NCBI GenBank assembly: GCA_900315585.1
Contig: OMZP01000005.1
Location: forward strand, 40,112 to 104,111
From: an uncultured Eubacteriales bacterium
GTDB taxonomy: Bacteria; Bacillota; Clostridia; Christensenellales; Aristaeellaceae
Direction of reading: 5' to 3'
DNA: 64,000 bases
The notes under the pieces: model-generated
The model's input: the letters and a program-made list of their open reading frames with translations, nothing else
The model's database searches: none
Told to the model about the DNA's origin: nothing
Position numbers and translations under genes: made by a program
In this document: one piece after another, positions 39,362 to 49,300 of the stretch
Numbering within the stretch: position 1 is the first letter of the stretch
Layout: each line of letters begins with the position of its first letter

Positions 39362-39447
39362 CGGAGAGAGAGGGATTCGAACCCCCGGTGCCTTTCGACA
39401 TCACTGGTTTTCAAGACCAGCGCCTTAAACCACTCGGCCATCTCTCC
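39362..39447 (-). tRNA. tRNA-Ser (anticodon UGA)
   Basis: Reverse complement begins GGAGAGATGGCCGAGTGGTTTAAGGCG. Anticodon loop CTTGAAA, long variable arm, TTCGAAT T-loop. Confidence 0.9.
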
Positions 39448-39575
39448 TGAACCAAACCAGCGAAGATTATTATAGCAGGTTTCCGACGGAATGTCAATAT
39501 CTGCCGAAGAATTAATTTGCAGACAGCGTATAAAATCAACCCCCTCCAACCGGAGGGGGTTGTAACATGGTGGGA

Positions 39576-40457
39576 TTATCCCTTGACCGCGCCGGCGATG
39601 AAGCTGTCCTGAATCTGCTTGCTCAGGAACACATACACCAGCAGCGTCGGCACGGTGGCGATGGAAAGCGCCGCGCCGATGGGCCCCCAGTCGGTGGTGT
39701 ACTGGCCGGACAGGCCCTGAACGCCCACAGGCAGGGTTTTGAGGGAATCCTTGCTGATGAACACGTTGGCGAACATCAGCTCGTTCCAGCACTGCAGGAA
39801 CGTGTAGATGCCCACAGTGGCAACGGCCGGCAGCATCAGCGGCGCGATGATGCGGCAGAACGTGCCCCACACGCCGCAGCCGTCGATGAAGCAGGCCTCG
39901 TCCAGGTCATAGGGGATGTCGCCCATGAAGCCCACGGAGATCAATATGCCCATGGACAGCGAGAACGCGGAGTAGGGAATGATCAGCGCCCAATAGCTGT
40001 TCAGCATCTTGAGCCGCGCCAGGGTCGTGTACAACGGCACGATGGAGGCGTGGATCGGGATCGTAAGGCCCAGCATGAAGAACTTGTGGGTGGTCTTGCT
40101 CAGCTTCCAGTCCAGGCGCGTCATGGCGTAGGTGGCCATGATGGAGGCCAGCAGCGTGATCAGGATCGTGGAAACGGCGATGATGACGCTGTTCAGGAAG
40201 TACTGGGGCATGTTGCCGGTGTTCATGGCGCGGGTGTAGTTCTCCCAAACCCAGTACTTCGGGATGCCGATGACGTTCTCACCGAAGATTTCGCTGTTGT
40301 TCTTCAGGGAGAAGGTCAGCATCCAATACACCGGGAACAGGCTGACGAACGCCCAGAAGACCAGCACGCAGTAGCTCGCGATCTGACCGGCGGTCTTTTT
40401 CGGCTTTTTATTCAACCTCATAGGAGGATACTTCTTGTCAAGAGTCGCGGTATTCAT
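39576..40457 (-). CDS. carbohydrate ABC transporter permease (MalG-type)
   Basis: 6 TM helices. EAA-like loop DLDEACFIDGCGVWGTFCRIIAPLMLP. The ATG overlaps the upstream stop (ATGA). Confidence 0.9.
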   Translation of the reverse strand: MNTATLDKKYPPMRLNKKPKKTAGQIASYCVLVFWAFVSLFPVYWMLTFSLKNNSEIFGENVIGIPKYWVWENYTRAMNTGNMPQYFLNSVIIAVSTILITLLASIMATYAMTRLDWKLSKTTHKFFMLGLTIPIHASIVPLYTTLARLKMLNSYWALIIPYSAFSLSMGILISVGFMGDIPYDLDEACFIDGCGVWGTFCRIIAPLMLPAVATVGIYTFLQCWNELMFANVFISKDSLKTLPVGVQGLSGQYTTDWGPIGAALSIATVPTLLVYVFLSKQIQDSFIAGAVKG

Positions 40458-41338
40458 CGTCCCTTATCCTCCTTGAAAATCATATTGATGATGATGGCGA
40501 ACACGAAGCACAGCACGATCAGCATCACGGCGATGGTGCTGCCCATGCCGTAGCGGTTGCGCAGGAACAGCAGGTTGATCATCAGCGTGCTGGGCACCTC
40601 GGTGGCGTGGTTCGGGCCGCCGTTGGTCAGCACGTAGATCAGGTCGAAGGATTTCAGAGAACCGGTCACCGCGAAGATCACGCTGACGCGCAGGATCGGG
40701 CGGATGTAGGGGATGATGATGTAGCGGTTCACCTGGCCCTCGGTGCAGCCATCGATCATGGCGGCTTCGTTCAGCTCCGGCGGCACGCCCTTGATGCCGG
40801 CGTACATCAGCAGCATGTGATAGCCCACGTACTGCCACAGGATTGGCACGAATGCCGCCCACAGCGCCGTGGTCTTGTCTCCCAGCCAGACGCGCGTCCA
40901 GCTTTCAAGCCCCAGCGACCTGAGAAGCAGGTTCAGCACGCCGTAGTCCGGGTTGTAGATCTTGATCCACAGCTGGCCGATGACCACGGTGGAGATCAGC
41001 ACGGGCATAAAATAGACGGACAGGTAGAAGCGTTCGCCCTTGGGCTTCTTGCTGAGCTTCAGGGCCAGCCAGAGCGCAAAGGGCAGCTGGATGCAGGTGG
41101 AGAAAAGCGCCAACAGCATGGCGTTCTTCAGGGCGCGCATGATGTTGATGGATTTGCTGGTGAACAACTCCTGGTAGTTGGCGAGGCCGATGAACTTCGG
41201 GGTGAGCAGGCCGTTCCACTCGGTGAGGCTGTAGTAGCCCGACAGGATGATCGGCGCGATGAGCACCCCGATGAAAAGGATCAGCGCAGGCAGCAGAAAC
41301 AGGAATATATTCAGCTTGTAGCTAAACGGTCTTCTCAT
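40454..41338 (-). CDS. carbohydrate ABC transporter permease (MalF-type)
   Basis: 6 TM helices. EAA loop ELNEAAMIDGCTEGQVNRYIIIPYIRP. Confidence 0.9.
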   Translation of the reverse strand: MRRPFSYKLNIFLFLLPALILFIGVLIAPIILSGYYSLTEWNGLLTPKFIGLANYQELFTSKSINIMRALKNAMLLALFSTCIQLPFALWLALKLSKKPKGERFYLSVYFMPVLISTVVIGQLWIKIYNPDYGVLNLLLRSLGLESWTRVWLGDKTTALWAAFVPILWQYVGYHMLLMYAGIKGVPPELNEAAMIDGCTEGQVNRYIIIPYIRPILRVSVIFAVTGSLKSFDLIYVLTNGGPNHATEVPSTLMINLLFLRNRYGMGSTIAVMLIVLCFVFAIIINMIFKEDKGR

Positions 41339-41358
41339 GGTCTGTGCTCCTTTACTGT

Positions 41359-41411
41359 AAAAAGAGGAGACGGCCCCTCACGGGGTGAACCCCGGTCAGG
41401 GCCATCTCCTC
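41359..41411 (-). terminator. intra-operon hairpin with U-tract between the binding-protein and permease genes
   Basis: On the minus strand: GAGGAGATGGCCC..GGGGCCGTCTCCTC followed by TTTTT. Confidence 0.45.
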
Positions 41412-41453
41412 ATCAACCTGGCTTAAATCGGTTTAATGCTCAAACCCTCAAAC

Positions 41454-42689
41454 TCAGTTCAGGTCGGCATCCAGGCCCGCGGCGTACTCCTCGGGAGTGA
41501 CCTCGCCGGCCCAGGCCAGACCGATGTAGTCCAGATAGGTGTTGGCGGCGTCGGCAGACAGGAAGTTGTCGCCGAACAGCACCATGCTGTCAGCCTTGGA
41601 AGCCATGTCCGCAGCGGACTTCACCAGGTCGCTGACCTCAGCGTCCGGATCGGCCGCCCAGCAGGGCAGGTTCGCGCCGGACTTGTAGTCGGCGTCGGAG
41701 AAGAACTTCGCCAGCTCGAAGGCAGCCTCAATGGCCTCTTCCTTGTGCTCGCAGGTCTCGGTCACGGCCAAGGTGTTGTTGGGGCCGCCGATCATCTGAT
41801 ACAGGGTGACGTCGGGGTTCAGCACCGGGAAGGTGCCGGCCTTGACGGCGAACTCAGCCTTGGAGCCGATGTCAGCGTTGTTCCAGGAACCGTTCTGATA
41901 GAAGGCGTACTTGCCGGCGATGAAGTTGTTCTTCACTTCGTCGTTGCCCAGAGCGTCGGCGCTGGGATCGAAGTAGCCGCGGTTCTTCATATCCTGGAAG
42001 GCGGCGATGGCGGCGATGACGCCCTCGTTGTTCCAGGACTCTTCGCCGTTGTACATGGCCTTCAGGGTCTCGCCGCCCACGGACTTGATCACCAGGGGCT
42101 CGACGTACTCGGACAGGCACCACAGCTCCTTGCCGGACACGCCGAAGGGGATGTAGCCCTTCTCAACCAGAGCGTCGCAGCAGGCCAGCATGTCGTCGTA
42201 GGTGGCGGGGATGTCATCGTAGCCAACTTCGGCCAGGATGTCCAGGTTGGCGTACAGGGTGACCAGGGACATGGTGTAGGGCACGCCGTACATCTTGCCG
42301 TCATAGGTCACGTTGGTGGCCATGGCCTGGGGCAGCTCCTCGGAATAGGCGCCATAGTAGTCGTCCAGGCAAACCACGCGGCCGGCATCCACGAAATCCT
42401 TCAGGAAGCCCATGCCCCAGGTGAAGAAGATGTCGGGCAGCTCTTCGCCAGAGCTCATAGCGGCCTTGATCTTGGTCTTGTAAGCTTCGTTCTCGGTGGG
42501 GGTGTGCTCGATCTTGATGTTGGGATGCGCCTCTTCAAAAGCGGCGATGGCGTCGACATACGCCTGATGGCTGGAGTCGCTCTCGGTGGCGATGGACCAC
42601 AGCTGCAGGGTGATCTGCTCCTCAGCCAGCGCGGAAACGGCGGAGATGAGGAACAGGGCGGTCAGCAGGATAGCCAACAGTTTCTTCAT
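41454..42689 (-). CDS. extracellular solute-binding protein (family 1, sugar ABC)
   Basis: Signal peptide MKKLLAILLTALFLISAVSALA. GGAGGAAG RBS. Typical SBP_bac_1 length. Confidence 0.9.
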   Translation of the reverse strand: MKKLLAILLTALFLISAVSALAEEQITLQLWSIATESDSSHQAYVDAIAAFEEAHPNIKIEHTPTENEAYKTKIKAAMSSGEELPDIFFTWGMGFLKDFVDAGRVVCLDDYYGAYSEELPQAMATNVTYDGKMYGVPYTMSLVTLYANLDILAEVGYDDIPATYDDMLACCDALVEKGYIPFGVSGKELWCLSEYVEPLVIKSVGGETLKAMYNGEESWNNEGVIAAIAAFQDMKNRGYFDPSADALGNDEVKNNFIAGKYAFYQNGSWNNADIGSKAEFAVKAGTFPVLNPDVTLYQMIGGPNNTLAVTETCEHKEEAIEAAFELAKFFSDADYKSGANLPCWAADPDAEVSDLVKSAADMASKADSMVLFGDNFLSADAANTYLDYIGLAWAGEVTPEEYAAGLDADLN

Positions 42690-42812
42690 GGGTTCTTCCT
42701 CCTTTTAGTTTGGCCCTCCAACGGTAGGGGAGCCTTTTACTTCAACGCGGTCGAGCCGCGTCAAGAAGTCGGCATCGGGCGGTTGCCGGTCAGGGCCTCC
42801 GCTTACGAAACT

Positions 42813-42841
42813 ATAATATCACATTTTGACAGCTTTGTAAA
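42813..42841 (-). promoter_or_regulatory. candidate promoter for the ABC operon
   Basis: Minus strand: TTTACA, a 17-nt spacer, then TATTAT. Confidence 0.4.
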
Positions 42842-43126
42842 GGTTTATGGTAGTATAATTATGCTCAAAATTTGTGTTACAGCATTAAATTAATGCCAAA
42901 TCTTGTTCTAAAGGGCCCAAAACTCTCAATATTTGTGATTTGAAGCGGGGGCAGTTATCTGACGCGATTACCATATAATAAGAAGAAACAGGTGATTCCG
43001 CTCTCAAATGGCACTTTTGTGCCTGTACTTTCGTCTGAATCAGGGGAGGGTTGAATATGCTTTGCTGGAGCGGAAATCGAAAGCAAAGTTGACTGGAGAA
43101 AAATACCCTGTATTTTCAAAAAAAAC

Positions 43127-43155
43127 TGGACAAATGGAGGTATTTATACTATAAT
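43127..43155 (+). promoter_or_regulatory. candidate promoter for the giant ORF
   Basis: TGGACA, a 17-nt spacer, then TATAAT. An A8 tract lies immediately upstream. This leaves a leader of about 210 nt. Confidence 0.4.
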
Positions 43156-43370
43156 TAATATGATAAGGTAGAGGGCGTAGTGTACCCTTAGCCAGTTTCA
43201 TGGAAAGATACAGAGATGTTATTTCATGAAACACATCAACAGACTTTGGTCGGTATCAATTATAAACAAACCAAAGTCGAAAATTAGACATAAAATAGAC
43301 GTTGGTCGGTTATAGGCGAAATGAGCACAAAAGCGGTCTTCGGATTCCGACATGAAATGTGAGGGAGCCC

Positions 43371-46300
43371 ATGAAACATCGTATTGACGAAAACCAGGCA
43401 ATTCAGCGGCTGTCGCGGCGGGAAAACGCGTATGCAGCCAGCTTTGCTGCGCGTTCCAGCGGCGGTTATCGCAAGAAATTGAAATCAATGGGGAGGCTGC
43501 TTTCCGTCCTGCTGACGCTGAGCATGCTGCTGGATTCCCTTGTGATCCCGGTGAGCAGCGCGGCTTCTGCGGAAATCGTGCCCACGGGCGTGATGTCCCT
43601 GAGCGATGCCGGCACGGAACACGAGTTCGTGGCGGAAGAGGATGTCGAGGTCATGGACGACGTCGATATCGGCGGCGACGCCGGAAGCCTGTCTCCGGTG
43701 GAGGAAACGCCTTACATATATGAGGCCGGTTATGTTGACAGCTTCCTTTTCACTGAGATCGCCAGGCAGGTGAAGCTGCCCATCAAGGAGATCTCCGAAG
43801 TTGAAATGATCAGCGTGACGGGCAACGGGGAAGAGCTGCCCGTTGGCGCGGATGCCCAGGCCCTCGAGGCGACGGAAACGCTGTATGTCGAGCCCATCTA
43901 TAATGAAGACAACAGCGAGATCGCCGATTACGCCATCACGGCGCTGCGCGTCTTCCAGGAAGCGGGGCTGATGGTCTATACCGAAAACGACATGTTTGCC
44001 GTGCGTCTGGTGCGCCCGGACGACTACATGGACGTTCTGAATGCCCAGGCGGAGGAGCACAGCGACCTGCCCGTGGGCGAAGGCATCGACATCGAACCCA
44101 CCGAGGAACCGGTGGTAAACATCTATGATCTGAACGGCGGATCGTCCGTCATGCTCAGCGAAGTGCTGGTCGCAACCGGCCTGCCGATCGAAACGACCGA
44201 AGTCGGTTTTGTGGCGGTTCTGGGCGCCGGGGACGTGGAAAACTGGACGGAGCCTGTCTCCGTGGAACCGGTGGAAGGAGATTACCTGATCACCGCGCTC
44301 CGCGACTTCGATGTGGCCAACCTTGCCCTCTATGTGGGCGAGGAAACCCTTACCGTCTCCCTCGTCAATGGTATTGCCGCGCCCGTCGAGCCGGAAGCGG
44401 ACCTGACGGAAGAGGTTGTCGAAGTGCCGGCGGCGGTGCCTGCGGAGCTGCCCGTGGAGGAACCGGCCCCCGAACCTGCGGAGGAGATCATTCCCGAGAC
44501 GGGGGCGGAGATCGTTCCCGAACCTGTCGAGGAAACCGTTCCGGAAGAAGTCGAGGTCGACCTCGCTGCGCCGGAAGTGGAGACCTTGCCCGAACCCGTC
44601 GAGGAAACTGTAAACGGGTCTATAGAAGAAAACGTTCCTGAGATGGTTGTGGAGCCCACGCCCGAGCAGACGGAGGAACCCACGCCCGAGCCGACGGAGG
44701 AGCCCACGCCCGAGCCGACGGAGGAACCCACGCCCGAGCCGACGGAGGAGCCTACGTCCGAACCGACGGAGGAGCCCACGCCCGAGCCGACGGAGGAGCC
44801 CACGCCCGAGGCGACGGAGGAGCCCACGCCCGAGGCGACGGCGGAGCCCACGCCCGAGCCGACGGAGGAGCCTACGCCCGAGCCGACGGAGGAGCCCATC
44901 ACTTATCCGGCCCAGACCTTCACGGGCCGCTCCGCGCGCGTGCGCGTGGTCGCGGAGGCTCCGGAAGGCGCGTTCCCGGCGGGAACCCGCATGGTGGTGG
45001 TCCCCATCGTCAATCGCGACGTCCTCAACGGCTATGCCGACACCGTGGCGGATGACTTCGTGGAAGTGACGGACGTGCTGGCCGTGGACATCACGTTCTA
45101 TGATGCCGACGGCAACGAGATCGAGCCGCTGCTGCCCATCAGCGTGGTGATGTCCATTGCCGAGATCGAAGCGGAAGAGGAAGCGACGGTTCTCCATGTG
45201 GACGACGAAGGCGCGACGGAGATCGTCGAACAGGTCGAGGCAACCTCGACGGGGAACCGCCTGGCGCTGAACGTGGAGATGCCGTCTGTTTACGAACAGA
45301 CCGAAGTCGAAATTGAACAGACTGAAGTCGGTAATGAGACCGTGGCGGCCTTTGTAGCGGACGGATTCTCTACCTATGTCATCCTGGTGACCCGCACCAT
45401 CGAGACCCGTTACATCGACGCCAAGGGTGACACCTATCAGATCGAGGTCGGCTACGGCGAGGATGCCGGCATCTACGGCAATGTGGATCTGAGCGTGTCC
45501 GAGCTGACCGGCGAGGATGCGGAGAATTATTTCGACCAGGCGGCGGAGACGCTGGAAGTCTCCAGCGAGGCACTGGCTTACGCCAAGGCGCTGGACATCT
45601 CCATCCTCAGCGACGGACAGGTCATTCAGCCCCTGGTGCCCGTCAAGGTTTCCGTTCGCCTGCTGGATGCGCCTGAGGCGATTGAAGAAGAGAGTATCAA
45701 GGTGCTCCACTTCGGCGATGTGGTGGAGACGGTGGACTGCGCCCTGAACGGCGACACCGTGGAATTCGACGCCAACGGTTTCTCCATCTATGTCGTTGTC
45801 TGCACCACCCTCAGACAGACCCTGACTGCCAGCGACGGGAATGAATATTTGGTCACCGTGACGTATGATAATACGTCCGGAATCCCCTCTGACGCCGAGT
45901 TGTCTGTGTCGGAGATCAAAGAGGGAGAGGCTGGCTACGAGGAATATGTGGCGCAGTCCGCCGCCGCATTGGGTGAAAAGCCTGAAAATCTGGCGTTTGC
46001 GAGACCTTTTGACATTACTCTGAAGAATCCTGAGACAGGCGAGGAATACCAGCCGAATGAAGCTGTCCAGGTTAGTATTAAACTGCTTAAGGAAGATCTG
46101 AATAGTTATGCGTCGGTGGATGTTATCCATATCCCTGACGGGGCTGGAGAAGAGGCCCAGGTCATGGATACGACCGTACATGGAGAATCCGTTGAGTTCG
46201 AGACGGATGGATTCTCGGTGTATGTTTTGATTGGTAGTGACGGACAGACTGTTAAGCCTCAGAGTACGTATGCCTTCTGGATACCGAATCCCGATGCACC

Positions 46301-49300
46301 GGGAGATTATAAACAGTATTCCTTTACGGATTCGCAGGGCAATACGATTTTCAAGCAGACGATAACAACCGAAGACGAACTTGTGATTCCTCAATTAACC
46401 TCCACAGATACAAAGGATTTCGCAGGCTGGTACGCAGGCAGCATGATCGGCGGTACGTTGACGTTGGAATCACAGCCCTATGACTTTGGCAGTATTACAA
46501 TCGCCGAAAACAGTGCGGTCGATCTTTACGCCGTCTATACGAATTATGCCACGGTCATTTTCCATGACCAGTATGACAGCGGATCCGGAACCTTCCCGGT
46601 GGCCTATACCCGGAGAGCGGAGTTAGTGACGGATGGAGAGGAAACCACAGCAACGGTAAAAATCAGCGATCTCAGTACAACCTATACCAGCAGCGGCGGA
46701 GCAGATATGGCGTTCTTCGGATGGTCGGAGACACCGATTACCACACCCGGCGCGGCAAAGGATGATACAGGAAGTACTGTCGCAGCTATTTCCGTGGATG
46801 CGGAAGGCTGCATCACGATCACTGGGGAGAAGCATCTCTATCCGATCTACAAAGAAGTACATCAGCTGACCTACTATACGGCGCAGTCTGGGCTTAGCGC
46901 TGCGTATGTACCTCCTGCACAGTTTTTCGCGGGAGATCCTGTGTCATACGATAACAATGGCACGACTGTCTACTCTCTGCCTACCACATCCCGCGACGGC
47001 TACACATTCCTTGGGTGGTGGACAGGTACGCTGACCACCAATGGCGATGTGGAAACCGTCAACTATGGTGCACAGATAACGGGACCCGATGGAAGCCTTG
47101 TAGCGACTGCGGATGACGGCGGAGTGTATATCAGTGAAGATATGAATGTACGAAAGCTGTATCTTCGCTCTGACGCTGTGCTGTATGCGAGATGGGAAGC
47201 GTCCTACAGTATTGTCTACTGGAAACAGGTCACAACAGAGACACCCGACACTGCTGTCAAACACTATGAGTATGCGGAAACAGTGACCAAGACCGCGCAG
47301 ATCGGAGATACTGTTCAAGTCCTTGATTCGGATCGCGCCAACGACCGCTATGGCACCGGCTTTGTCCTCGGTCATTATGACGCTTCCGCAGTGATCGGAA
47401 ACACCAAGGAGCTGACGGTTCTGAATGTGTATTATGATCTGAGTGCGGAATATGAAGGATCCACGGAGCTGCATACATTAGCGTTCAGGGATTCTGTAAG
47501 CGGCGCAGGAATCAGTGCGGACCTGCCGAAAGAATACGCTGATGCCATCGTCTACGGTACGTCTCTTCTCACCGGCAATAATGGAGGCAGCTATATTCCG
47601 AATGATCCGATATCAGGACGGAAATCTGATGCCGGCAATGAGATCTACAGCTTTTCCGGCTGGTATTTTGATGAGAATTGTACGATCCGTGTTTTCTTTG
47701 AGAACCCAGATGCCAAAGAAATCGCGGAGCTTAATGGGCAGAAATATGTAGTTGTGGCAACCATGCCCGATCACGATCTCACTCTTTATGCTGGTTGGAC
47801 GGCGATAAAATTCCGAGTTGATATCGACCCGAATTATGGCGCACTGTATCCCGAAGAAAACGATCCGTCCGGCACCGGTGCGACCTATTTTAACAACACC
47901 TATGACGCTGAGCCCATTGGTGAATATACGCATGTAACCCGCGATTATGTGGAATCCAGTTCCGGCACCTGGTACTACGTAAAACATGATCGCGCATATG
48001 GCGGAGATCGTCGTACCTACTACACTCAGAATCCGGCTCTTGCCACGGAAGATACCACCTTTGAATATGCCCCGGGTGTTTACACCTATGTGGGCTGGTA
48101 TGAAGTGTATCTGGACGCAAATGGCAACGAGATCGGTGAGGCCGCTGAGCCTTACAATTTCAGCCAGCACACCGATCATAACACCAAGCTCCGGCTCCAC
48201 TGGAAGAAGGCAGGAACCTACTATCTTGCCTATGATGCAGGCGATGGGACGCTTGAAGACGGAACAACAAAGAGCGTTGTTCTTCCAAGCGGTTATGCCG
48301 ACTATGCTGATGTTGTCCTGACGCGGTCTGCCATTGCGCCAACGGGATACACCTTCATCGGCTGGCAAGTGCGTGGCAGCGACAGCGGCGTGATTTATAC
48401 GCCGGGTCAAGCTTTTACCCTCCATGCGGATGACGCGAAGCGCGTCAGCGGCAAGGATGTCGTCTATCTGGACGCAGCCTATGCGAAAGTTGGCACGGCC
48501 ACCATCGTCTATAACGCCAACGGCGGCACAGTAACCGAAAGCGGTGTGGATTTCGGTTACACCTATGATTCCTCCAATGTGGAGGTGGCAGCGCCCGGCA
48601 CGATCGATGCTGATGCCGGAATCGCCACGGTTTCAGGGCTGGCCAACAACAGCAAGTTCAAACTGAGCGGCGGCACCGGATTCACCGCACCCGCAGGCTC
48701 CGATGCAACTTTCCTCGGATGGAGCGACAAGGCCGTCTGCGACGATTCCGCGATCTTCTATTCCAAGGACAGCAATGTAATTTATGGCGTCTCGGAATCC
48801 ACCACTCTTTATGCCGTCTGGGGCGCTCAGGTGACCTATAACCTCAACAGCACGGATGCTGCTTGGGGTAGCGATGCATGGGATTCCGCAGTCTATACAC
48901 TAGATAGTGCAACAAACAGCTATTCTCAGACCGCGAATCTCGGAACCGTTGTTTCCGAGCCTGTACATGTTCCGGTTTATACAGGCTCGGATGGGCGCCT
49001 GTTCCGTTACTGGGCAACGAGAGCCGCCACAGGGGACGAAGCGAATCCGTATACCTATACAGAATACAATTTCTCGCAGCCGATAACGGGTGCGCTGGAT
49101 TTGTACGCCTATTGGAGCGGAGCGAACACCATAACCGTCCATGCTGTGGACGCATCTGATGCGGTTCTGGCAGATAAAACCGGTGAAACAGGATGGACGG
49201 TCTCGAACGTCACAGTGTCCGCTGCAGAGACCGTACTGAACGGCACAAGCCATGTGACGGAGACTCCTGAAAACTACGAGTTTGCCTTCGTTGCAGTTGC

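Noticed and set aside
42826-42859. Plus-strand TTGACA ... TATAAT as the promoter for the giant gene.
   Set aside because: The spacer is 22 nt, which is too long. The same DNA read on the minus strand gives a well-spaced TTTACA-17-TATTAT for the ABC operon. A better plus-strand candidate exists at 43127-43155.
39256-43370. tRNA-Ser genes as the integration site of a genomic island carrying the giant gene.
   Set aside because: No integrase, direct repeat of the tRNA 3' end, or other mobility gene is visible. A normal-looking ABC operon lies between the tRNAs and the composition break.
43040-43488. Small minus-strand ORFs (64 and 89 aa) in the AT-rich gap upstream of the giant gene.
   Set aside because: They have no RBS and odd composition, they overlap the giant gene's start and leader, and they show no recognisable features.
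43485-46394. 969-aa ORF antisense to the 5' part of the giant gene. Similar antisense ORFs lie at 50019..51593, 51732..52631, 55968..56885 and 47613..48425.
   Set aside because: The translations are low-complexity Arg/Gly/Leu-rich strings ([14 protein letters not shown]...) that mirror the sense-strand repeats. They have no RBS and no recognisable domains. The sense frame is overwhelmingly better supported.
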